From: Okamejei kenojei
Lineage: Eukaryota
NCBI GenBank assembly: GCA_035221665.1
Contig: CM069154.1
Coordinates: 5,642,001 to 5,706,000 of the forward strand
DNA length: 64,000 nucleotides
Reading direction: 5' to 3'
Shown: positions 37,474 to 49,099 of the stretch, piece after piece
How positions within the stretch are numbered: the stretch's first letter is position 1
Layout: each line of letters begins with the position of its first letter
Position numbers and translations under genes: made by a program
Notes under the pieces: model-generated
Told to the model about the DNA's origin: nothing
Seen by the model: only the letters and a program-made list of their open reading frames with translations
Databases searched by the model: none

Positions 37474-37794
37474 GGTCAACGGGAATAACTGGACCCAAGG
37501 AGGTGAGGGGAGAGTTGGGGCAGTCGGTCACTGTGGGATGTCAGTATGGTCAGGTATACAGTGACTACAAGAAGCTATGGAGTAAAGGTAAATATCACCT
37601 GTCATCTTCTACCGTGGTTTCTACTGATCACCCACGACAAGGGAGAACATCGATGACTGATAACAAAACACAACGGATACTTTCAGTAGCCATTGACAAC
37701 CTGGAGAAGAGTGATGAAGGACGCTACTGGTGTGCCATAGACATACCATCGTACTACGATGAAGCGACCTCCATCTCATTGAAGGTTTCTGAAG
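37474..37794 (+). CDS. CD300/pIgR-like (MDIR-like) receptor copy 3, IgV exon (open, phase 1-1)
   Basis: aacag|GG...TCTGAAG|gtacgt. Translation ITGPKEVRGELGQSVTVGCQY..KKLW..GRTSMTDNKTQRILSVAIDNLEKSDEGRYWCAI has the B-strand Cys, C-strand Trp and DxGxYWC. Confidence 0.9.
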
Positions 37795-38997
37795 GTACGT
37801 TGACAATCTCTCCTCATTCTCTCCTAATATTCCAGCCATGGGGCCACACCAAGGAGCAGTGTGTGTGGGGTGGGCGGAGCAGTGTGTGTGGGGTGGGCGG
37901 AGCTCATCAATGGGGACCAGCGGTTTTGCTGCTGGCGGCTCATTTCCCCCAAAGACGATCGCTCCAGGACCAGAACCTCTGCCTCCCCTCACTGGGGCAA
38001 GAGGGGGAACCGCCCCCTCACCCTCTCCCCCTGCCCATCACTGTCACACCCACCATGCACACAACATCTGAAGAAGAGTCCCAACCCTATACATCGTCTA
38101 TTCATTCCTTCCACAGATGCTGGCTGACCTGCTGAGTTACTCCAGCACTTTGTGTTTTGCTCAAGATTCCAGCACCTGCAAATCCTGTGTCTCACAAACT
38201 TTGTGATTCATGAGCTCAGTTTATTGTTGTTGTCTGTACTAAGGTACCGGGAAAAGCTTTTACCGTGTTTCCAATGAGGGCTTAGTCATTGGGTATTTGG
38301 AGATTGACAGGTTCTCAGTAGGTACGGGTGTCAAGCGATATGGGGAGAAAGCAGGAGGATGCGGTTGAGAGGGAGAGATAGATCAGCCATGATTGAATGG
38401 CGATGTAGACTCAATGGGCTAAATGGCCTAATTCTGCCCCTATCACATGAACATGAACGAAGAATCCTCATGAGATGAGTGATATAGACTTTACACTGAG
38501 CCACACACACTGTATAAGATGAGATACTCAACGGGCCGGGCAGCATCTGTGGAGGGAGAACGAGAGAATGTTTCAGGTAGATACCTCCAACTAACTGCAT
38601 TATTTTCAATTCAGCCCATGTAATGAAAATAGTCCATGGATCCTCCCGCTCCCAAGTTCTTCTCCAACGTAGAAGGCATGTGCCTAACTCTAGCAGCAGG
38701 AAGATAACACAGCCTGTGGGACTCTGAAGGGCATGAAAGAAGTTTCTGAATGCTTGTGACCAACCGGTGGCATCTTAATGGGTGAGCCTCCTGTCTAGAT
38801 CAAGAGGCTTGGTCCATCTATGTTGGCCTCAGACGGATCCTTGCTCAAATCTCTGGATTGTGATTTGAAACCAGGAATCTCCCCACACGGAGCAAGAGCG
38901 CTCCCAACTGAAGAATCTCCCCCACATCACTAAAGTGGCACAGAACATGGTTTCAGACATTTAATTTCAAAAACTTCATTCACTTTATCTCCACAAG

Positions 38998-39139
38998 GGT
39001 CTCAAACAAGCCGCCCAGATATGGTCACCACCACCTCTGCAACAATATACACAAGGGCTCTGACCACCCTGCCTCAAGATGCACCAACCACCGATGCAGC
39101 AAGTTCCACTGTGTCTCCTGGTTCAATACTTCCAAACAG
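38998..39139 (+). CDS. Receptor copy 3, Ser/Thr/Pro-rich stalk exon (phase 1-2)
   Basis: ccacaag|GG...AACAG|gttagt. SQTSRPDMVTTTSATIYTRALTTLPQDAPTTDAASSTVSPGSILPN is in frame with the V exon. Same 142-nt length in copy 1. Confidence 0.8.
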
Positions 39140-39683
39140 GTTAGTAACTCGAAGAGCCAACTCAGCCTCACCTGAGAACAAATTAGTTAAGTTCAGCTCA
39201 GCTCAGTTAAAAGATAATTTGCTCCACCGAGTCCGCTCTGAGCAGCGATCACCCCATACACCAGTTCTCTTCTACACACTAGGGGCAATTTACTACAAAC
39301 CCTCACGTCTTTGGAATGTGGGAGGAAACTGGAGAACCCAGAGAAAACTCTTGCAATCACAAGTAGAATGTACAAACTATGTACTGACAGCACCAGTAGT
39401 GAGGATTGAACCTGGATCTCCTGCGCTGTGAGGCAGAAACTCTACCGCTGTGCTGACATCTCAATGGGCGAGCCTCGTGTCTAGATCAAGGGGCTTGGTC
39501 CATCTATGGTGGCCAAGGAAGGATTTTTGCTCAAATCTCTGGATTGGGATTCGAACCAAGAATCTGCCCACACAGAGCAAGAGCGCTATCAACTACAGCA
39601 TCTCCCACACATCACTAAAGTGGCACAGAACGTGCTTTTAAACATTAAATGTTCAAAGACTTCCTTCATTTTATCTTCACAAG

Positions 39684-40028
39684 GGTCTCAAACGTGCTGC
39701 CCAGATATCCTCACTACCTTGGTGGTGGGGGGGGGGGGGGGGGGATATGGTGACGCAGTGGTAGAGTTGCCTCCAATACTCCAAAGACGTACAGGTATGT
39801 AAGTAGATTGGCTTGGCGTATGTGTCAATTGACCCTAGTGTGTGTAGGCTAGTGTTAGTGTGCGAGGATTGCTGGTCGCTGCGGACTCCGTTGGCCATAC
39901 GGCCTGTATCCGCGCTATATTGCTAAACTAAACTGAATTAAAATATAGTCACATCAGGAACCATTACACCCACTCTGCCTCCGGTTGCATCGACCACCAG
40001 GGACTCCTGGTTCATCGCCTCGACACAG
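39684..40028 (+). pseudogene. Duplicated second stalk-type exon interrupted by a SINE (~39720-39940)
   Basis: Upstream intron 39455-39683 duplicates 38770-38997. The exon starts SQTCCPDILTT and resumes IVTSGTITPTLPPVASTT before cag|gtcagt. Confidence 0.6.
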
Positions 40029-41035
40029 GTCAGTGACTCAAAGGACCAACTCAGCCTTGCACAGCTTCACCACAGTGTCAACGGCTGAAGCGAGCAGCCC
40101 ATGATTAACAAGAAGGATAAATACAATCAGCGGGTTTACTGGCAATCGCCGTGGGTTATTGTTACTTACTATATAACAGCAGATATTCCCTCCTTCACAC
40201 ATTGTTCAAAAATCATCTTCGTTCGAATCTCAACAGCCTCATCTTCCTCTCCTGGTGATGTCCTGGAAGAGTACAGACCAGGTGGACTTTGCTTCATCGG
40301 GAGAGTGCAGCATTCATGCTGCCTGACCCGCTGAGTTACTCCAGCATTTTGTGACCATCTACAACCTTTCTCAGTTGTGAAAGTTTGAGCAGAGGGGAAA
40401 CGCATCCTATTGTCTGTAAAATCAGTCCCAGTTCTTTGAGAAAGCATGGCTGATCACATTCCAGTCCATTGATAAATATTCCTTGGGCCTGACTAACGTC
40501 CCTCTGTCCTTAGTACACCCAGTGGCCCTACCATTGTGAATGTTGACCCTTATTTGATGCCAAAACCAAATAACTTCACACTTATCACGGTTCAATACCT
40601 GCTGGCATTGCTCCTTCCAACTTACCAGTTGCTTCTTATCCCTCTGTGGTCTATGATTATCGTACTATCCAAAATGATACAATTTTGGTGTAATCTGCAA
40701 ACTCGTTAATCATACTTCCAACATTAACATCTAAGGCCGGCAGATAGAACTGGTGTAGATAAGGGCATCTTGGTCGGCGTGGGGAAATTGGGTCAAGGGA
40801 ATGTTTTCGTGCTGTATGTCTGACCATCAACATGAACATCTAAGTTGTTAATGTATGTAGTCATGGAACACCTCCAAGGAATGGGTGCATGTTGCGATAT
40901 AAACATCTCACCAATGTCTACGCCACAACCTTGGATCACACTGAATGATTCCGTGTGCAATATGATGAAAAAAATTCCCAGCATTGACCTTTGATAACTC
41001 TGTGTGGAAGTAATAATATTTCCGTGGATTTCCAG

Positions 41036-41146
41036 GGACATCGTGCTGAATGTTTGCCGTGTTTGGGGTGTGTCACGCTGGGTACTATTTGGAGTTCTGC
41101 TTCTCTTCCTGGTTTCCATCAGCTGTGTGACAACTTTTAAAAGGTA
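41036..41146 (+). CDS. Receptor copy 3, transmembrane exon with intramembrane Arg (donor after 41143, or read-through to TAA at 41145-41147)
   Basis: tttccag|G GAC ATC... gives DIVLNVCRVWGVSRWVLFGVLLLFLVSISCVTTFK. The phase-2 start matches the stalk exon end. Conserved and open in copy 1. Confidence 0.8.
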
Positions 41147-41236
41147 AAAGTTTGCAATCTCTTCACAGGTCACATTAAATTCAATTGGAAATGATGGGAA
41201 TTTACTTTAGAATTGTAGAGATAAAGTGTGGACATA

Positions 41237-42670
41237 CAGTGCCCTCCATAATGTTTGGGACAAAGACCCTTCATTTATTTATTTGCCTCTGTATTCCACT
41301 ATTTGAGATTTGTAATAGAAAAAATCACATGTGATTAAAGTGCACATGGTCAGATTTTATTAAAGGGTATTTTTATACATTTTGGTTACACCATTTGAAA
41401 TTACAGCTGTGTTTATGCATAGTCCCCCCCATTTCAGGGCATCATAATGTTTGGGACACATGGCGTCACAGGTGTTTGTAATTGCTCAGGTGTGTTTAAT
41501 TGCCTCCTTAATGCAGGTATAAGAAAGTTCTCAGCACCTAGTTTTTCCTCCAGTCTTTCCATCACCTTTGGAAACTTTTATTGCTGTTAATCAACATGAG
41601 AACCAACGTTGTGCCAATTGAAAATCAAACAAGCCATTATGAGACTGAGAAACAAGAATAAAACGGTTAGAGACATCAGCCAAACCTTAAAGCTTGCCTA
41701 AATCAACTGTTTGGAACATCATTAAGAAGAAAGAGAGCACTGGTGAGCTTACTAATCGCAAAGGGACTGGCAGGCCAAGGAAGACCTCCACAGCTGATAA
41801 CAGAAAAATTCTCTCTATAATAAAGAAAACCCCCCCAAACACCAGTCCGACAGATCAGAAACACTCTTCAAGAGTCAGGTGTGGATTTGTCAATAACTAC
41901 TGTCCACAGAATAATGCATGAACAGAAATACAGAGGCTACACTGCAAGATGCAAACCACTGGTTAGCCGCAAAATATAATTGCCGGGTTACAGTTTGCCA
42001 AGATGTACCTAAAAGAGCAACCACAGTTCTGGAAAAAGATTTTGTGTACAGATAAGATAAGAATTAACATATCAAAGTTATGGCAGGAGCAAAGTATGGA
42101 GATGAGAAGGAACTGCCCACGATCCAAAGCATACCACCTCATCTTTGAAACACGGTGGTGGAGGTGTTATGGCCTGGGTATGTATGGCTGCTGAAGGTAC
42201 TGGCTCACTTATCGTCATTGATGATACAACTGCTGGTGGTGGTAGCATAATGAATTCTGAAGAGTATAGACACATCCTATCTGTTCAAGTTCAAACAAAT
42301 GCCTCAAAACCCATAGGCCGCAGTTCATTCTACAGGAAGACAATGATTTCAAACACATTGCAAAAGCAACAATGGATTTTTTCAAAGCTAAAAAATGATA
42401 AATTCTTTTGTGGCCAAGTCATTCTAAACACAATTGAGCATGCCGTTTATATGCTGAAGAGAAAACTGAAGGGGACTAGCCCCCCCAAAAAAGCATAAGC
42501 TGAAGATGGCTGCAATACAGGCCTGGCAAAGCATCACCAGAGATGACACCCTGCAAATGGTGATGTCTATGAATCGCAGACTTCAAGCAGTCATTGCATG
42601 TAAAGGATATGCAACAAAATACTAAACATGACTACTATAATTTACATGATTTTGCTGTGACCCAAACATT
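41237..42670 (+). mobile_element. Tc1-like transposon #3, near full length, frameshifted transposase ~41597-42625, right ITR truncated
   Basis: TA|CAGTGCCCTCCATAATGTTTGGGACA. Inner direct repeat cataatgtttgggacac at ~41443 (IR/DR architecture). Motifs GRPRKT, KHGGGGVMAW and NTIEH. Confidence 0.92.
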
Positions 42671-42671
42671 A

Positions 42672-43095
42672 CTTGTACTCGCTAGAATTTAGAAGATTGA
42701 GGGGGGATCTTATAGAAACTTACAAAATTCTTAAGGGGTTGGACAGGCTAGATGCAGGAAGATTGTTCCCAATGTTGGGGAGGTCCAGAACAAGGGGTCA
42801 CAGTTAAAGGATAAGGGGGAATTCCTTTAGGACTGAGATGAGGAAAACATTTTTCACACATAGAGTGGTGAGTCTCTGGAATTCTCTGCCACAGAAGGTA
42901 GTTGTGGCCAGCTCATTGGCTATATTTAAGAGGGAGTTAGATGTGACCCTTGTGGCTAAAGGGATCAGGGGGTAAAGAGAGAAGGCAGATACAGGATACT
43001 GAGTTGAATGATCAGCCATGATCACATTGAATGGCGGTGCAGGCTCGAAGGGCCGAACGGCCTACTCCTGCACCTATTTTCTATGTTTCTATGTT
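42672..43095 (+). mobile_element. CR1/HER1 3' fragment
   Basis: LYSLEFRRLRGDLIETYKILKGLDRLDAGRLFPMLG, then the 3' UTR and (ctatgttt)n tail. It replaces the outer Tc1 ITR and SINE seen in paralogs. Confidence 0.88.
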
Positions 43096-44271
43096 TCCTG
43101 GGGTAAAATTTGATGGTAGAGATTATAAACTGCGTTTTAATTGTTATTCAAGGAAAAAAAACAGCCGAGACCTTGGAGATGGGGTCAGGCAGTGGTGGAG
43201 GGAGGAGAGGAACAGCGCCGGTGAGCTGACTGGGTGGGGCCTCACCTCGCATGGAGACGGCCGTGGGAGGAGAGGGGAAAAGTGTACGTTGGTGGGTCGA
43301 GGTGTGGGCGGAGTGCGAGTGGGCTGCCAGTGGATCGGGTGCCGCTGGAGGTCCCACAGTGATCGGGGAGGAGCACGCGGATCGGACACGGCCTGCAGCG
43401 TCACGGAGCGGTGGTGGAGGCACCGACAACATCGCCATGCCAGGCCGATGCCTACAACTCCCACCCAGTGCCGTCTCCATGACAACGGGCCTTTAAGCCC
43501 AAAATAAGACAATAGCTTTTTTACCAATTTGATGTTTTTTTTCGTTAAATATTTTTATCAGACGTAAGTACATATTAAAAGAAGAATATACTTGTCACAT
43601 ACATTCTTAATATTATTAATATTAACAATTATGTCTTGTTTGTACTTCTATACATTTTTTAGTTTTTAACGCAGATTAAAATAGAAAATCAAAAAGATGA
43701 GTGGAGTGTTAAACAGGTTATCCATCGTTGGAGATATATCCATGATTTGTTATGTATGATTCTTCATCTATTCCTTTATTCAGGCTTCAGTCAGGCTCTC
43801 GCACCGAGCCATTTTGACCCTTTAAATATTCAATAAATGGAGACCATATCCCTCTGAAAAGATCCAACTTGTCCAGTAGGACGCCTTAATCTTTCCAGAT
43901 GAAGTGTCTCCGACATTCCTGTAATCCACATTTTGGTTGTGGGGGATGTAGGACCTTTCCAGAATTTCAATATTATTTTTTTCCCAATTATTAAACTGTA
44001 ATCAATAAAAAATTTATTTGATTTGTTGTTATTAATTGATCCGTTTTCTAATATTCCCAATATTATTAATATTTGAGTCAGGAATCAGATTTCGTATTAA
44101 CAACTTTCGAAATTATCTTAAATATTTCTGTCCAAAATTTAGTAATTTTTATACAATTTGTAAATGAGTGCGTTAAGTTAGCTTCTAAGTGCTGACATTT
44201 ATCACATATGGCAGATACATTTGAAAAAATACTATGTAATTTGGATTTTGAATAATGTAATCTATGTAATA

Positions 44272-44760
44272 TTAATAGAATATTGATGGCCTTGAGGGGG
44301 ATACGACATATATTGCCTGAAGTAGATTCATATTGCCCGAGTCGAAGACGAGGGCAATATGGATCTAGTGAGGGCAATATATGTCCTATCTCCCGAAAGA
44401 GGACAGTCAATATTGTTATTATTACCCATTATCAGACATCTAGAGGAAAATTTGAACATCTCAGCTCGGCGGACTTCCACGTAAAATTTAACCAAAATGG
44501 ACGCGGCAGTCTCCTGTCTGCCGTTTGAATATTCTAAATTTCCCACGCAGCGTCACGTTGCCGTCACGTTGCCAAGTTCCCGGATGTGAGACCAGGGGAA
44601 TATAAGACTATATTCCCCGCTGTTTTAACAGGTAAAGTCCATAGGCGTTCGCAAGAAAGGGGAATATAAGAAAATATTCCCCTGTTACCCCTGCTGGCAG
44701 TAAAAACTAAGGGAATACAATTTTGTAAAAGCATACCTCAGATGTGTGATATGGGTAATA
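44272..44760. mobile_element. 489-bp non-coding fold-back insertion, Crypton-like or tyrosine-recombinase-type non-autonomous element
   Basis: Cleanly interrupts L1 ORF2 (QFKLLHR is restored on removal). GTAATA direct repeat at 44266-44271 and 44755-44760. Long left hairpin and an internal complement of the right end. Confidence 0.7.
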
Positions 44761-47700
44761 ATTTAAATTGTATAAGAGAATGTCTAGTATTTAACGAGCA
44801 GTGGTGTATATGTTGTAAACTTTCATCCCATACTTCTGGTCTGATTATTTGACCCAATTCGTTTTCCCATGATTGCCTATATATTTCTGTCATTGGGACA
44901 GCATTTTCCAATAAAATGTTATAAATATATGATATTAATTTTTCTGTGTTCGGGAGTTTATTTAGACATTCATCTAAAATTTATGTCTTTCTATTTCTAA
45001 TTTCCTGTGTGTTTGCTTTTACAGTCTCTAATTTGTAAATATCTAAAGTAATCTTTTGAATGTAATCCATAAATTTGTTGTAATTCTTGAAATGAAAGGA
45101 AGGAGTTTTCCCTGCAGAGATCGCCCATCTTATTAATTGCATAGTTTTTCCATTGTAAAAAACCTTTGTCCATCATTGACGGTTTAAATGTAACGTTATT
45201 TACAATGGTAAGGGCTAGTGGTATACATTCCAATTTTAATGTTTTCTTTATTTATTTCCAGATACGTATCCCACTTTCTATTATAGGGTTTTCACTATAG
45301 GTTTTCTTACCTAGTTTAATATTGGCGAATAAAATCCAGCTAATTTCAAAAGGCAAACAATCTTCTTTTCCCATTTTTAACCAGATTGGTTGTTTATCTG
45401 TCTCTACTAACCAAAAATTCATATTTTTAATATTAACTGCCCAGTAATAAAACATAAAGTTTGGCAGTGCTAGACCTCCATTTATTTTTGATTTACATAA
45501 ATGTTTTTTATTTTTTTCTATGGCTCTTATAATCCCAGATAAAGTTGGTGACTAAAGAATCAACCTTCTTAAAAAAATTTTTAGGAAGATATATCGGAAT
45601 CAATTGGAAGAGATATAGTAATTGCGGGAGAAAAATAATTTTTACTGCATTAATTCTACCTAGCATTGAAATAGGTAATGTTTTCCAATATAAAATATTC
45701 TTATTTAATTTATTCAGTAAAAGTGGAAAATTGGATTTAAATAAAGAATAACATTTTTTTGTTACATAAATTCCAAGATATTTGATTTTTTTGTTTGCTA
45801 TCTTAAAAGGAAATTGTTGTAATATATGTAAGTTATTTACCATTATTGACATAAGTTAACTTTTATTCCAATTAATACTATATCCTGAAAATAAGCCAAA
45901 TTCAGTTATTAAATTTAATAAATTTGGAATACTAATTTCTGGCTTTGTAATATAAAGTAATACATCATCCGCATATAAGGAGATTTTATTTTCAGTATCT
46001 CTGGTTTCATACCCATATATTTCAGGATGTAATCTCACGCGTTGAGCTAATGGTTCAATTGCAAGTGCAAACAATAGCGGGGATAAAGGACAACCTTGTC
46101 TGCAGCCTCGGAATAAATTAAATTTAGTTGATAGCATTTGATTTGTTAGTATTCTGGCTGTTCGATTAGTGTATAATAATTTAACCCATGTAATAAACTT
46201 CTCTCCCAACTTAAAAGTTTCCATGACCGAAAACAAGAAAGACCATTCCACCTGGTCAAAGGCTTTCTCCGCATCTAACGATATAATTACTAGGTCTTTA
46301 TTAATACCTCTTTTCGAATATATAATATTCAATAATCGTCTCAGGTTATATGAGGAATATCATTTTGGTATAAATCCTGTTTGATCCGGGTGAATTAATT
46401 TATTGATAACTGTGCTTAGTCTTTGTGCTAATATTTTGGTTAGTATCTTTTGATCAGTGTCTAAAAGAGCTATAGCTCTATAAGATCCTGGGTCATCCAG
46501 ATATTTGTCTATTTTAGGTATGTGTTATAATAGATTCATTTAACGTTTCTGTTAGGTATAGATGTATTCATAGAGTATCTTCAAACGTGGTGCAATCAGA
46601 TCATAAAATGTTTTATAAAATTCCAAACCAATACCATCTGGTCCCGGTGTTTTACCATTTTTTTAATGATCTGATAGATTCTTTGATTTCTTTTACTGAT
46701 ATTTCAGCATTTAGTGATTCTCTATTTTCTGAATCCAACCCATTTAGATTACTTTTTTTTTTAAATGCTTCTATTCCTATCCGGTTTTCTGTCATTTTGG
46801 CTGAATATAAATTTTTATAATATTGCAAAAATCTCTCATTAAGATCTTTGGGTTGTACTAATGGTTCGCTATTGTATGATTTAATCCCATGGATTATCTT
46901 TTCTCCCTCCATTTTCCGTAATTGACGAACCAATAATTTTTGGGGTTTATCTCCGAATTCAAATTGTAATTGATTAGTGTATTGATAGAGTTTTACAACT
47001 TGATCTGAGTATATTTTATCTAATTTATATTTCAGTGCAACGATTTTGTTATATTTTGTCATGGATGGATTAGCAGCATTCTCTGTGTCTAATTGTATTA
47101 TCTCCTTTTCCAATTCCTGTTGTTCCCTCCGATTCTCTTTATTATAAAATGCTTGAGTAGAAAACATAATTCCATGGGCATATGCTTTAAAAGTTTCCCA
47201 TAATAGGGAAGAACATATTTCCGGTTTATCATTTATTTCAAAGAAAATCTTGATCTGTTCTATAATATATTCCTGAGTTACTTTGTCTTTTAAAATTTGT
47301 GGGTTAAATCTCCATTGTCCCTGTTTTTCCGTTTTACCATTTATTTTAATCATAAATGTTAAAGGTGCGTGATCTGAGATTGTGATATTATGGTATTTTG
47401 AATGGTAAGTAAGTGAGATAAGTTTAGAGTCTACCAAAAAATAATCTATTGTTGAATGCGTTTTATGTACAGGTGAATAAAATGAATATTCTCGTCCAAT
47501 TGGATTTTTGACTCTCCAAACATCTTTAATATTACTAGTATCCATGTTTGCATTTAATAAGTCACTGGAATGGGATTTAATTTTCCTTTGTCTTGTGGAT
47601 CTATCTAAATAAGAGTCTAGCGTACAATTTAAATCTCCTCCAATTATTAAGTTATGTTGTGCTATTTCCGGGATGTTATTAAATATTTTCTTAAAGAACT

Positions 47701-49099
47701 GTGGACTATCAGAGTTTGGTCCATAAACATTAACAAAAATCATTTTTTGTGCATTTAATTCTTCCATAATGTATCTACCATCACTGTCAGGTATAGTGGA
47801 TGTATGTTTAAATAAAGTGCCTTTACGAAATAATATTGCTACGCCTCCGGATTTGTGTGTAAAAGAAGAATGATACGTTTTATCTATCCATTTAGCTTTC
47901 AGCCTATGCTCGGCATCTTTTTTTAAGTGTGTTTCTTGGATAAAAATTACATCAGCTTTAATTGCTTTTAAATGTGCTAGTACTTTACCTCTCTTAATTG
48001 GTTTCTTAATACCTTTAACGTTCCAGCTACAAAACGTTATTCCTTCATTCCCCGTATTCATTTTTAAATCTTGCATCTTTTGTCTATGGAGGTCTATAAT
48101 AGAGCCAATGGTTCAGTTCGACTGACCCGACCTTACACCCGACCTCCGAATAGACGAATTTCAAGACCCTTGAATGTCTCTCACGTGTATTTCTCCTTTG
48201 ATCCAATTTGTAACTCCATTCAAACTGAAAATAATAATGATAGATTATAATATAAGAGAAAAGAGGATAGACTAAGAAATTAGTAATGTGCACAAAGAAG
48301 GAAAAAACTACATCTAGTATTAGTGTAGTTAGTGCTAGCCATACTAGCATGGCTAACCATCTACCGACTTCCATAGTTGATGTTACCAACTTAACCAGCT
48401 CCCTGGTTTCTTGGAATTTTTATTCCATAGCAGTATTTTACCGGGGATATTGGATTTTAAAATATTCGGGTTCCAATAGTCAGGAATGTGAGGATACATG
48501 AATTTAAAACATTTAAGAATATAATAAAAAACGGGAAAAAAGGAAGAAAGAAAATAAAAATAAAAATTAATAAAGGAAAAGTTTCCAAGGAGATCAAATG
48601 AAATCAAACTCTATATTTGACTAAACATTCAATTATAAGTAAGTATTAGTCATTAGTGATAATTATTAACTCTGATTAGTAATGATACCACGCTATAGTT
48701 TTCGTATTTATCAGTTATTTGTATTAGTAGTGCAATTATTCTAATTATTAGTATCCATGGGAGAGTTTCTGATCCACATCTGTCTCCAGCTTCCTTAGAC
48801 ATGTCTTTAGTTCCATTCAGTCCTGCAAAGTCAGTTTATTCAATGATGAAGTTCAGTTTTAAAAATATTATTCAAGCTTCCTCTCGAACCTTAGTCTTCT
48901 GGGCAAAGTCCAGTGCCTCCACAGGGTTGGTGAAAAAGTGTTCATTCAGATTGTAGGTGACTCTTAGGGTAGCTGGACACCTCAGACCATATTTCAAGTT
49001 CTTCACTTCCCTCAAGATTCTTTTGGTCTCATTAAACGCTTTTTGTGTCCTGGAGACCTCTGCTGGGTAGTCTCGATAGATACTGATCCCATATCCTTT

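Noticed and set aside
37474-37830. Rearranging Ig/TCR V gene segment
   Set aside because: The exon already includes the G strand and ends in a splice donor. No heptamer/nonamer RSS follows it.
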